A DNA stretch of 64,000 nucleotides from Candidatus Latescibacterota bacterium (GCA_965217585.1 OZ244561.1:4128001-4192000); one strand, 5' to 3'. Shown: positions 18,293 through 29,448, numbered from the stretch's first letter. Program-made: numbers and translations. Notes: generated from the sequence alone by a model not told the origin.

Positions 18293-19892
18293 TTTTTCTA
18301 AGGCTGTGAGAGGGAAGTTCTTCCGCGAGGGGGCCGAGCTACAGCTACCAATTTGCTCTGATAGAGGCTCTAATACTCATCAACGACCTAACCTCTTCGA
18401 TTATGCGACTTCCGAACTCTCGCAGGACGCCGTCATCTGCTGGCTCGTTGCCTGTGCCGCCGAATCCACTGGAGACCTCCAGGAGTGTGGGCGGGCCTTC
18501 GTTCGCGCTCTTTTTCGAGCAGGAGTGTCGGATGGAATCGAGGGTGTTCCGGTGCTAGGAGCTAATGGCAAACCGGCGACTCTCTACGATGGGCCATGCG
18601 ACGTGAGCGACGTGATCAATATTAAACGTCAGTATCACAAGATTGATGTGTACTTCCAGGCCAAAGTGGACGGGAAGAAGGTCTCTTTTATCATCGAAGA
18701 CAAAAAAGACTCACGGGATCACAGTAACAAATTGACGCGGTATATAGAGGCCGTCAGTACGGATGACGAGGTGGAATATCTAATCAAGCCCGTCTATTTC
18801 AAGACTGGATATGTGTTCAGTGATGAGAGAGAGGTCGTCGAATGTGCCAAGTATTCCGTATTTAAGGCGGAAGACATGGCGAGTTTCCTCGGTAGTCAGG
18901 ACGTAACTCGGGAGAACGAGATTCTGCGCCAGTACGTGGAGTATCTGGCCTGCCAGATGAAAACGAGAGCCGACGCCCAAGCGAATTGGGACCTCAATCA
19001 GGACCATGTGCAGTGGGAGTTCATGCGGAAGCTCCGTGATAGGCTGGAAAATGCGGCTGGCGAATGGCGGCCCTTTATCCCCGACGAATTGTCCGGTTCC
19101 CCGCTGAATTCGGACTGGCTTTGGCACGGCTTGGGCAGGGGCACAAATAGCGGCAGCCCGTGGACGCAGTACTGGTTCGCAAAACATCTGTTTTGGCGGC
19201 TTGATTCGTGGACACCGCGACTGCGACTGATGATTCACCTTGAAAACGCTGGGAGGAGCGTCGAGGAGAGCGATGGTATGGTAAGTGAATACCGGGACAG
19301 CTTCAACGAAGCCCTCCAGGAAGAGAGACTAGATGCCAGACGTTTTGTCCGGAGGAAAGGTAATGAATGCACCGTCGGATCCGTTGAGATTGCCAATTTT
19401 CAGGGTATGACGGTGAGCGAATTTCTGGATCGGGTGACGCGGGTGCATATCAGATTCCTTGATATGATTAGCGCAAAGGTTGAGTTAATGAAGAGGCTGT
19501 GGTGCGAGATTGATTCTGCGCTGAAAGAGGGGATTCGAGGTCTTCCCTCCAAATCCAAAGAACTCTCGGACGTATCCGAGGAGACGATCAAAGGGTTCAA
19601 AGAGCACGGCTTATACTATCCATTTGGCAGTGGAGCCGCCTCGCTCGGTGTTGTTCAGGAAGAAGGCAGGATTTTCTTTGGTGTCTATTATGACAAGAAT
19701 CAAGACGAGCACCGCGAACATGAGGCGGCATTAAAGGCGGTCTTAAAGGACGTGCCCGGTGGTGATAAACCAACCGATGAGTGGCTTTGGTGGGCGTGGG
19801 CCGATGGAGACCTCGAATCGTATGCGGAAAGAATCGCAAAAGGCTTGAAATCGGTTTGGGTGGCGATTAAACGAGCTGGTCTTGATCGGTAG
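18276..19892 (+). CDS. PD-(D/E)XK nuclease family protein with BrnA-type antitoxin N-terminus
   Basis: MKQEYDFSKAVRGKF...LPI (BrnT-partner antitoxin start) in frame with PNLFDYATSELSQDAVICWL...QYHKIDV...IIEDK. Confidence 0.75.
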   Translation: MKQEYDFSKAVRGKFFREGAELQLPICSDRGSNTHQRPNLFDYATSELSQDAVICWLVACAAESTGDLQECGRAFVRALFRAGVSDGIEGVPVLGANGKPATLYDGPCDVSDVINIKRQYHKIDVYFQAKVDGKKVSFIIEDKKDSRDHSNKLTRYIEAVSTDDEVEYLIKPVYFKTGYVFSDEREVVECAKYSVFKAEDMASFLGSQDVTRENEILRQYVEYLACQMKTRADAQANWDLNQDHVQWEFMRKLRDRLENAAGEWRPFIPDELSGSPLNSDWLWHGLGRGTNSGSPWTQYWFAKHLFWRLDSWTPRLRLMIHLENAGRSVEESDGMVSEYRDSFNEALQEERLDARRFVRRKGNECTVGSVEIANFQGMTVSEFLDRVTRVHIRFLDMISAKVELMKRLWCEIDSALKEGIRGLPSKSKELSDVSEETIKGFKEHGLYYPFGSGAASLGVVQEEGRIFFGVYYDKNQDEHREHEAALKAVLKDVPGGDKPTDEWLWWAWADGDLESYAERIAKGLKSVWVAIKRAGLDR

Positions 19893-19955
19893 CTCTCCCT
19901 CATTTGGCGATTTCCCGGCCCCATTCGCCCCGATCACAAGGGTCAGTTCAGCCAT
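19890..19955 (-). pseudogene. Truncated P-loop ATPase (zeta-toxin/AAA-like) remnant
   Basis: MAELTLVIGANGAGKS Walker A start overlapping the upstream stop; recognisable similarity ends right after GKS. Confidence 0.6.
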
Positions 19956-20151
19956 CGGCCCCTTCTGCATCCATCGGTTGGAACGGCTTTTTCTCGATTC
20001 GGCCGTCGGGCCATTCGGTTACAAGAAATTGATCGTCGTCGCTGAGATAGACGAACGCCTTGCCCTGTTCGAGCACCATGCGTCGGGTCGCTCCGGGGTC
20101 GGCCAAAGTCCGCTTGATCGCGGCGATTAACGGGTGTTCGCGGTTATTCAT
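19948..20151 (-). CDS. Small hypothetical protein (possible partner of the P-loop remnant)
   Basis: 67 aa, strong SD GGAGGT, 8-bp overlap with the next start. Confidence 0.6.
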   Translation of the reverse strand: MNNREHPLIAAIKRTLADPGATRRMVLEQGKAFVYLSDDDQFLVTEWPDGRIEKKPFQPMDAEGADG

Positions 20152-20244
20152 CGTCGTTGATTACCTCCATGAGAAGCCTTTTTAAGACCCGCGTTGGGCT
20201 GTGTTGAGTTTTCTTTTTTACGCCTTCAGGGCCGTCGGCTCGCC

Positions 20245-20811
20245 TCAAGGTAGCGGTCGCAGCCGCCCCGCTTCCTCCTCGTAGCCTGCGCCGCACTCCG
20301 CACACACCAGATTACCGCTCAGCGTGACGCCGCAACGGCAGACCCAGCCCGTCTGCCGCCCAGGCACGCCGGTTATCAGCGCATAGGCCGGCACGTCGCG
20401 AGTTACGACCGCTCCGGCACCAACGAGGGCATAAGCGCCGATTTCGACACCGCAAACAATGGTTGAGTTGGCCCCCAGCGAAGCCCCCCTTCGCACCCGC
20501 GTCTCTTGGAACTCGTGCCTGCGGTCGATAAAGGCGCGCGGGGTAACGACATTGGTGAATACCATCGACGGGCCGCAGAAGACCCCTTCTTCGAGCGTGA
20601 CTCCCTTGTAGATCGAGACGTTGTTCTGTATTTTGCAGCCGTCGCCGATCACCACGCCGCGATCGACATAGATGTTCTGGCCGAGATTGCAGTTTTGGCC
20701 GATCCGCGCACCGGGCATCAGGTGGCAGAAATGCCATATATGGGTTCCCGCGCCAATGGCGACCGGCTCATCGACGCAAGTGCTGGGATGGACGAAGTAT
20801 TCTTTTGTCAT
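20245..20811 (-). CDS. Hexapeptide-repeat N-acetyltransferase (WbpD/WlbB-like)
   Basis: IWHFCH, KIQNNVSIY, FCGPSMVFTN, GVP..Q.GWVCRCG, C-terminal CxxC. Confidence 0.9.
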   Translation of the reverse strand: MTKEYFVHPSTCVDEPVAIGAGTHIWHFCHLMPGARIGQNCNLGQNIYVDRGVVIGDGCKIQNNVSIYKGVTLEEGVFCGPSMVFTNVVTPRAFIDRRHEFQETRVRRGASLGANSTIVCGVEIGAYALVGAGAVVTRDVPAYALITGVPGRQTGWVCRCGVTLSGNLVCAECGAGYEEEAGRLRPLP

Positions 20812-20898
20812 GACGACCGAATATAAATTGTCCCTGTCTATTTACCAATGCACCGACCGAATGGTCGGCGCAGAAACCCTTTGCATACGGAGGAAACC

Positions 20899-21858
20899 GT
20901 GAAACTAGCCACGTACTCTGCCGCTGGCGAACAGCGCGTGGGCGCAGTCGTCGGCGACGACAATATCGTCGTGGATCTCGCCGCTGCCGACCGCGTCTTG
21001 GCCCGCCAAGAAAAGCGCAAAACTCATCCCTTCTTTACCGATATGCTGGCCCTGCTCTCCGCTGGTGCCAAGGGCCTGCGCGCCGCCAAACAGGCCGCGG
21101 CGTATGCCGAAGATAAAGAACCCAACGGCAAGACCATCCACGCCCTCAACAAGGTCCGCCTCCGCGCGCCCATGCCCAACCCGCGCAAGGTCTTCTGCTT
21201 GGCCGGCAACTACCAAGACCACATCGAAGAGGGCGGCGGCAAAATGGATGCCCAAGACAAGGAAACCCCTCGCGTCTTTATGAAGCCACCGACGACCACC
21301 GTCATTGGCCCTGGGGACCGCATTCTCATTCCCCCGATTGCCAATAGCATCGATTGGGAAGGCGAGCTGGCGGTTGTCATCGGCCGCAATACCAAGGGCG
21401 TCAAAGCCAAGGACGCGCTCAAACACGTGGCCGGTTACACCGTTATGAACGACGTATCCGAGCGCGAGTTGGTCATCAAGAAGCGCACTGACAGCCGCCC
21501 GCGCGACGAGTGGTTCGACTGGCTCAACGGCAAATGGCTCGACACCTTTGCCCCGCAGGGCCCTTGGATCGTCACTTCGGACGAGATCAAGGATCCCCAG
21601 GTTCTCGACATCAGCACGTTCATCAACGGCGAGCGCAAGCAACACAACAACACCGGCCAGATGCTCTACCCGGTTGATAAGATCATCGAGTACATCTCGG
21701 CGATTATCACCCTAGAGCCGGGCGACCTGATCAGCACTGGCACCATATCGGGCGTCGGCGCGACCACTGGCACCTTTATGAAAAAGGGCGACAAGGTCGA
21801 AATCGAGATCTCCGGGATCGGCGTACTCAAAAACTCGGTCGCCGAGAGCAAGAAATAA
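20899..21858 (+). CDS. Fumarylacetoacetate hydrolase family protein
   Basis: CLAGNY, FMKP, DWEGEL, NDVSER, GK..DTF.P.GP, PGDLISTGT; SD GGAGG before GTG. Confidence 0.92.
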   Translation: MKLATYSAAGEQRVGAVVGDDNIVVDLAAADRVLARQEKRKTHPFFTDMLALLSAGAKGLRAAKQAAAYAEDKEPNGKTIHALNKVRLRAPMPNPRKVFCLAGNYQDHIEEGGGKMDAQDKETPRVFMKPPTTTVIGPGDRILIPPIANSIDWEGELAVVIGRNTKGVKAKDALKHVAGYTVMNDVSERELVIKKRTDSRPRDEWFDWLNGKWLDTFAPQGPWIVTSDEIKDPQVLDISTFINGERKQHNNTGQMLYPVDKIIEYISAIITLEPGDLISTGTISGVGATTGTFMKKGDKVEIEISGIGVLKNSVAESKK

Positions 21859-21861
21859 CCC

Positions 21862-23082
21862 TTGGACTCAACATCCGCGACCACGGGCCAGGGAGGCGGG
21901 CTACTCAGCCGCGCCTTCCTGGCCCTTTGTCTTCTCTACTTTCTCAACAGCTTCCTCTCCGCCCCCTTCCAAGCGCTCTTTCCCGTCTATATCGAAGCCG
22001 ACTTGGCGAGGCCCCCGTGGTTTACCGGCTATCTGCGCGGGCTGATGCTGCTCTTGGGTGGCGTATTTGCCGTCGTCGCCGGCCGGCTCTGCGACCGCTT
22101 TGGCCGCAAGACGACTCTGATGATCGGCCTCGTCGGCAGCGCGCTCACCGGCTTGGTCTTTCGCACCGCAGACCCTTGGGGGCTGTCGTGCCTGCTCTTG
22201 GCGATGGGCGCGGCCAGCGGCCCTTGGTCCACCGCCGGGCAGAGCATCCTCATCACCGCCGTCACCCCTGCTCGACTTGGTTTGGGCGGTGCCCTCTACT
22301 TTCTCAGCAATACGCTCGGCAACTCGCTCGGCAGCCTCTGTACTGGCTTGGTCAAAACCACCTATTCCTTCGCCCAGATCGGTGCCACCATGAGCATCGG
22401 CATGGTCGCGGTAATCGCCCTAGCTTTTGCGCTGTTGCCCGGCGACGCGCCCTCCCCCACCACTGCTACGCAGGCGGCGCGCCTCAATACGTGGACGGCC
22501 TATCGCCCGCTTTTAGGCCGCGGCGATGTGCACCTCCTGCTCAGCCTGCGCCTGACCATCACCACCTTCTGGGGCATGGCGACGTTGGCGCTGCCCCTGC
22601 TGATCTACCGAGTCGGCGAAAGCGAGGCCCTGCCCGCGTACTTTGCCTCTCTCTCGCTGGTGGTGGCGGCCTGCTGCCAGCTCAGCGTCGGTTATCTCAA
22701 CGACCGCTTTGGCCGCACCGCACCGCTTCTCGGCTCGGCCGTGGGCATCTTCCTCAGTGCCTTGGGCCTTGCCCTTTGGCACGACACCCTAGTCGGCCTC
22801 TTTGCCTGTGGCACCGCTCTCACTGCTACGGCTTGGGCCGTCTCGACGCTGATTCCCCGGCTCATCAACGACGTCGCCGCGGCCGATGAAAAAAACCGCC
22901 TCGTCGGCTTAGGCCACCTCGCTTGGAGCGGCTCGATGGTGGTCGGCAGCCTGCTCGGCGGCTACCTAATCGAGATAAATGTCGCCCTACCCTTCTACAT
23001 CGGCACGGCCCTCAGTGCCCTCGGTGCCCTCGGCGCCTTTGGCCTCTGCCGCCGTCTGGACGGCGCAGGGGTTACGGCTTAG
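21862..23082 (+). CDS. MFS transporter
   Basis: About 12 hydrophobic segments; GRLCDRFGRK and GYLNDRFGR motif A. Confidence 0.88.
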   Translation: MDSTSATTGQGGGLLSRAFLALCLLYFLNSFLSAPFQALFPVYIEADLARPPWFTGYLRGLMLLLGGVFAVVAGRLCDRFGRKTTLMIGLVGSALTGLVFRTADPWGLSCLLLAMGAASGPWSTAGQSILITAVTPARLGLGGALYFLSNTLGNSLGSLCTGLVKTTYSFAQIGATMSIGMVAVIALAFALLPGDAPSPTTATQAARLNTWTAYRPLLGRGDVHLLLSLRLTITTFWGMATLALPLLIYRVGESEALPAYFASLSLVVAACCQLSVGYLNDRFGRTAPLLGSAVGIFLSALGLALWHDTLVGLFACGTALTATAWAVSTLIPRLINDVAAADEKNRLVGLGHLAWSGSMVVGSLLGGYLIEINVALPFYIGTALSALGALGAFGLCRRLDGAGVTA

Positions 23083-23091
23083 ACTAGGCGA

Positions 23092-24246
23092 ATGCAAAAA
23101 CTCCGGCTGTTCCTCATTACGCTCTCGCACTTTTGCGTCGATAGCTACGCCACGATGTTGGCCCCGCTGTTGCCCCTGCTCAAGGCCAACTTGGGGCTGA
23201 GCTTGGCGCAGGTCGGGTTTTTGGGTTCCATCGTTTCTATATGCAATATCAGCCAGCCCCTCATGGGCTTGTGGGCCGACCGCATGGCTTGGCGCTGGCT
23301 GATTGTCGGTGGCTTGGCGTTGACGACCATTTTTTCCCCGCTCATGGGGCTGGCACCCAATTACCTGACCCTCGTCGGCATCCTGATGCTGGGTGGGATC
23401 GGGGTCGCCGCCTTCCATCCCCAAGTCTTTTCGCTGGCCGGCGAACTCAGCGGTCCGCGCCGCTCCTTCGGCTTGGCGCTCTTTATCTTTGGCGGTACGC
23501 TGGGGCTGGGCCTAACGCCGCTATGGGCACCCGCCTACACCAACTCCTTTGGGCTTGCCGCCATGCCCTACCTTTCCATTCCTGGCCTGTTGTTCCTCCT
23601 GCTCATGTGCCGCGCGGTACCGCTGGGCAACCCCAACTTCGCCCACGGCAAAAGTACGGCCCAGTGGCGCAGTCTCGGCGACCAAGCTGGTCCCCTCGTG
23701 CTGATCACCGCGATCGTCATTTTGCGCTCGGTATCGGGACTGGGCTTTGGCACGTTTTTGACGCTCATGGCCCAGGAGCGCGGTCTCGGTCTCGTCGCTG
23801 GCGGCATTCCCTTGGGAATCTACAATATCGCTGGCGTGGTCGGCGCGCTCGTTGTTGGCTACCTAGCAGACCGCATCGATCCTAAACCGCTGGTCTGGGG
23901 ATCGCTGCTGTGCTCGGTACCGCCGCTCTACGCCTTTATCTATGTCGAGGGAATGCTGGCCAGCTACGTCCTGCTTTTTGTGGGCGGCGGTCTGTTGCTG
24001 TCTTCCAACTCGATTATGGTCGCCTTGGCCCAAGAGTTTTCGCCGGAAAATACGGGTTTGGTTTCCAGCCTGCCGCTGGGCTTTAGCTGGGGTTTGGCCA
24101 GCCTCGCACTGCCGCTGATCGGCCATTTCGGCGACCAGATCGGCGTCGCTGAAACCTTGAAATACCTAGCCTTGTTGCCGATATTGCCCGCCGGCTTGGC
24201 CTTCTTCCTGCCCAGCCGCCCAACCGCAAAGGACGCCATGCCATGA
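23092..24246 (+). CDS. MFS transporter (Fsr-like)
   Basis: HFCVDSY, QPLMGLWADR, GVAAFHP, GYLADR. Confidence 0.88.
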   Translation: MQKLRLFLITLSHFCVDSYATMLAPLLPLLKANLGLSLAQVGFLGSIVSICNISQPLMGLWADRMAWRWLIVGGLALTTIFSPLMGLAPNYLTLVGILMLGGIGVAAFHPQVFSLAGELSGPRRSFGLALFIFGGTLGLGLTPLWAPAYTNSFGLAAMPYLSIPGLLFLLLMCRAVPLGNPNFAHGKSTAQWRSLGDQAGPLVLITAIVILRSVSGLGFGTFLTLMAQERGLGLVAGGIPLGIYNIAGVVGALVVGYLADRIDPKPLVWGSLLCSVPPLYAFIYVEGMLASYVLLFVGGGLLLSSNSIMVALAQEFSPENTGLVSSLPLGFSWGLASLALPLIGHFGDQIGVAETLKYLALLPILPAGLAFFLPSRPTAKDAMP

Positions 24247-25025
24247 GCTTGCTCATTTTAGACCCCGAGCAGAACCAGTTCTTCGACGACAACGGCTACC
24301 TGCTGCTCAAGGGCTTTTATAGCCCTGCGGAGATGGAGCAGATGCGCTGCGAGTTGCACCGCTTGGTGACCGAGATCGAACACCGGCCCAAGAACGTCAA
24401 GTACTCCTTTATGGACGCGCCGGAAGGCTACGCGCCCGACCCCTTCAACCCGCACAATGTCGCCGGCATGATGGATCAGACGTTGGCTGGCGACTACTGG
24501 TTCGACCAGTTCACTGAGCCGCGCATTGTCTCGGTTATGGTCGATCTCTTAGGCCCCGACCTCGATTTCCACAACGGCAAGATCCGCAACAAACCCCCTG
24601 GCTTTGTCTGCACCCAAAGCTGGCACCAGGACTGGCCCTACGAGCGCCACACCGAGCCAGATTTGGCTGCGGTCATTACGTACCTCGATCCGAGTGCATT
24701 TGAAGCCGGGGCCACCGAGGTCCTGCCCGGCAGCCACCTCAAGGGCGAGTACCCCACCCTAGAAAACAGCCACACCATCCCCGACGAGCACATCCCCGCG
24801 GCCGAATGCGTCGTCTTGGAAGCCGAGCCAGGCGACGTGGCGATCATTCACGTTCTCGTCGTCCACCGCGCCGGCCATAACTACACCCCGCGCACCCGCC
24901 ACGCCATCATCAACGAGTACAAAACCGCGGCCACCATCGACCAATGGGGCAATTCCTGCGCCTTTGCCGGCTTGCCTCTGGCCCGCAATGGCCAACTCCT
25001 GATGCCGCGCGTTTACCAGGGATAA
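24243..25025 (+). CDS. Phytanoyl-CoA dioxygenase (PhyH) family 2OG/Fe(II) oxygenase
   Basis: FFDDNGY, WHQD, LPGSH, GDV..H..VVH.AG.N.T..R. Confidence 0.9.
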   Translation: MSLLILDPEQNQFFDDNGYLLLKGFYSPAEMEQMRCELHRLVTEIEHRPKNVKYSFMDAPEGYAPDPFNPHNVAGMMDQTLAGDYWFDQFTEPRIVSVMVDLLGPDLDFHNGKIRNKPPGFVCTQSWHQDWPYERHTEPDLAAVITYLDPSAFEAGATEVLPGSHLKGEYPTLENSHTIPDEHIPAAECVVLEAEPGDVAIIHVLVVHRAGHNYTPRTRHAIINEYKTAATIDQWGNSCAFAGLPLARNGQLLMPRVYQG

Positions 25026-25054
25026 ACGCGGCCTTGAAGTGCGCCCCGCCTTGA

Positions 25055-27022
<1,968 letters not shown>

Positions 27023-27062
27023 TCCCCGGCGACTCCTTTAACTAAACGGAAAAGAGAGGAAG

Positions 27063-28055
27063 ATGGACAAGATTCGCGTGGGATTTATCGGCTGTGGTGG
27101 AAATGCCAGCGGGCACCTAGGGCGGATGCTCGGCATCCCCGAGGCCCAAGTGGTGGCTTTGTGCGATGTGGATCAGGCCAGTCTGCAGCGGGCCAAGGAG
27201 CGCAACCCGCAGGCCGCGGAGTTGCCGGAGTTTACCCACTACCAAGAGATGCTGGAGCAAGTCGAACTGGACGCGGTAGAAATTTCCACGCCACACACAT
27301 TGCACTTCGAGCAGATTATGACCGCGCTGGACAAAGGGCTGCACGTGCTGACCGAAAAGCCGATGGTCTGTACTGTCGATCACGCGCGCCAAGTTATCGC
27401 CAAAGCAGAGGCGACCGGCAAGGTCCTGATGATCTCCTATCAACGGCACTTGGGGGCGCAGTACCGCTATGTGCGCAATCAGATCGCGGCCGGGGAATTG
27501 GGGGATATCCAGTTTATAGCGGCGCTCCAAGACCAGAAGTGGTATCGGGGGACGATTGGACTGTGGCGGCAGCAAATGGCGCTGTCGGGCGGCGGACAGC
27601 TCAACGACTCGGGAAGCCACCTACTGGACATCGTGTTGTGGATGACCGGGCTGGAGGTGGCAGAGGTGCAGGCCTACATGGAGCATTTCGACTCCGAGGT
27701 GGACATCAACTCGGCGCTGTCACTGCGCTTTGGCAACGGTGCGCTGGGGACGATTGCGGTGGTGGGCAACTCGCCGACCAGCGGGATGTGGGAGGACATC
27801 ACCATCTGGGGAACCAAGGCGGTGGTCTATATCCGCCAAGGACAGGTCTTTTACAAGACGCAGCACAGCAGCGAGGTGTATCAGGTAAATAACTTGCCCG
27901 GCTCGGCGACGCCCGACCAGAATTTCATCGACGCGATTCTCGGTCGCGATCAAGTGCAGGTGCCCCCCGAATGCGGTTTGCGGGTCATTGAGCTGACCGA
28001 AGCGGCATGGGCTTCGGCCGCCAGCGGGCAGCCGGTCAAAGTCGAGCGGCAATAG
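27063..28055 (+). CDS. Gfo/Idh/MocA oxidoreductase
   Basis: GFIGCG, STPHTLH, HVLTEKP, GGG...D.GSH..D. Confidence 0.92.
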   Translation: MDKIRVGFIGCGGNASGHLGRMLGIPEAQVVALCDVDQASLQRAKERNPQAAELPEFTHYQEMLEQVELDAVEISTPHTLHFEQIMTALDKGLHVLTEKPMVCTVDHARQVIAKAEATGKVLMISYQRHLGAQYRYVRNQIAAGELGDIQFIAALQDQKWYRGTIGLWRQQMALSGGGQLNDSGSHLLDIVLWMTGLEVAEVQAYMEHFDSEVDINSALSLRFGNGALGTIAVVGNSPTSGMWEDITIWGTKAVVYIRQGQVFYKTQHSSEVYQVNNLPGSATPDQNFIDAILGRDQVQVPPECGLRVIELTEAAWASAASGQPVKVERQ

Positions 28056-28059
28056 ACGA

Positions 28060-28088
28060 TTGACCCGGTTCACTAGCTCCTGTATATT
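28060..28088 (+). promoter_or_regulatory. Sigma70-type promoter
   Basis: TTGACC-17 nt-TATATT. Confidence 0.7.
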
Positions 28089-28094
28089 AAAAAT

Positions 28095-28397
28095 TGAGTC
28101 GAGTTCGGGGGCCACAAACCTCTGTTACCGCCACGCTGAGGCTCGAGGCTACGCGAGCGAGCCAACCCGACTTTGTCATTGGCCGCAACGACGCGCAGAG
28201 TTGGAGTATGGATTATGAGGCGCGCACTAGCGAAAGGAGGTGGTTCATTGAGTAGTAATTGTACCGCAGGGAGGTTGATCACTTGATCAACTCCAGGTGA
28301 TTAACTACCTGGTCAGGAGCACAGTCGCCTCGGCGGCATAGCTTCTGAGAGTACAGCCGGGCGCACCCCACCTTAGCGGGTGCGCCCGGTTTTTTTA
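28095..28397 (+). ncRNA. Candidate structured RNA or small-ORF transcript of unassigned family
   Basis: Lies between a promoter and a strong terminator; several pairable helices; AAGGAGGT followed by TTG ORF MSSNCTAGRLIT (28248-28286). Confidence 0.55.
28355..28397 (+). terminator. Rho-independent terminator
   Basis: 12-bp perfect stem CCGGGCGCACCC/GGGTGCGCCCGG followed by T7. Confidence 0.9.
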
Positions 28398-28461
28398 TTT
28401 GTGCTGCACTAGGTTGGTTCCCACACGGTATTTTGCCATATTGTCCGCGAGGAGGCCGTCT

Positions 28462-29433
28462 ATGAAACGCATCGCCAAGCCCGCAGGGGCTTATAACATC
28501 GTGGTAGAAGAAGTCGAGGTTCCGGCTATTGCCCCGACCGAGATTTTGATTCGCGCCGAATGTTCGCTAATCAGCCGAGGCTCGGAGATATGGCGGCGCT
28601 ACGTGCGCGAAGAGGCGATCGATCACCGCGCCATGGGCTACTCGCTGGTAGGCCGGGTCGCGGAGGTCGGCGCGGAAGTCGAAGAGTTCAGAACCGGCGA
28701 TTTGGTCGCGGCTCTCGCGCCGCACGCCGAATACGTGGCGGTCGAAGTCGCAGCCAGCCAGCACAAGCCTGCGGCCGTGCGCCTGCCAGCGGGCCTGTCG
28801 CCCGAGGCGGGCACCTTCTGGCCGCTGGGAACTAGCTCGGTCCTGTGGATGTGGGAGACCGAGGCCGGCCCGGACGATGTCATGGTCATCCAGGGGCAGG
28901 GCTTGGTCGGCAGCGGTTGTATGCAGGCGGCCAAAGCACAGGGCGCGGGGCGCGTCATCGGGATCGATGCCTTGCCCTTGCGCTGTGAACTGGCGCGCGA
29001 GTTAGGGGCCGACGTGGTGGTAGACGCCAGCGCCGGTGACTCTGTCGCACAGGTCTTGGAGCTGACGGACGGGAAGGGTGCCGATATAGTGGTCGAAGCT
29101 GTGGGCGGGCGGGCCGGGGCGCAGGCTTTTGCCGAGGCGCAGGACATGCTCAAGCGCGGCGGCCTCTTGCAGGTGCTGGGCCTATACGAAAACGAACCTC
29201 TGCCGCTCTACTCAGAAAAAATCATGGGCAAGCGCCTCGTGGGCAGCTATCTCGACGCCAGTCGGCGGCCCGCAGGATCGGCACGTACGCTGGAACTGTT
29301 GGCCACGGATCAGATCCAATTCGCCAAGATGATCACCCACCGCTTCCCCTACACCGAAGCGGCAGCAGCCTTCGATCTGCTCTATAACCGATTGGGCGAG
29401 ACGATGGCGGTATTGTTGACGTGGGACAACTGA
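28462..29433 (+). CDS. Zinc-binding (MDR) dehydrogenase-like protein
   Basis: SLISRGSE, MGYSLVG, GQGLVG, ITHRFP; SD GGAGG. Confidence 0.85.
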   Translation: MKRIAKPAGAYNIVVEEVEVPAIAPTEILIRAECSLISRGSEIWRRYVREEAIDHRAMGYSLVGRVAEVGAEVEEFRTGDLVAALAPHAEYVAVEVAASQHKPAAVRLPAGLSPEAGTFWPLGTSSVLWMWETEAGPDDVMVIQGQGLVGSGCMQAAKAQGAGRVIGIDALPLRCELARELGADVVVDASAGDSVAQVLELTDGKGADIVVEAVGGRAGAQAFAEAQDMLKRGGLLQVLGLYENEPLPLYSEKIMGKRLVGSYLDASRRPAGSARTLELLATDQIQFAKMITHRFPYTEAAAAFDLLYNRLGETMAVLLTWDN

Positions 29434-29448
29434 AGTCAGGAGACGACG

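Noticed and set aside
16546-20151. Integron cassette array
   Set aside because: No convincing RYYYAAC...GTTRRRY attC sites and no intI. The same applies around higBA.
28073-28282. 69-aa minus-strand ORF over the candidate RNA
   Set aside because: No SD or family motif; promoter and terminator polarity point to the plus strand.
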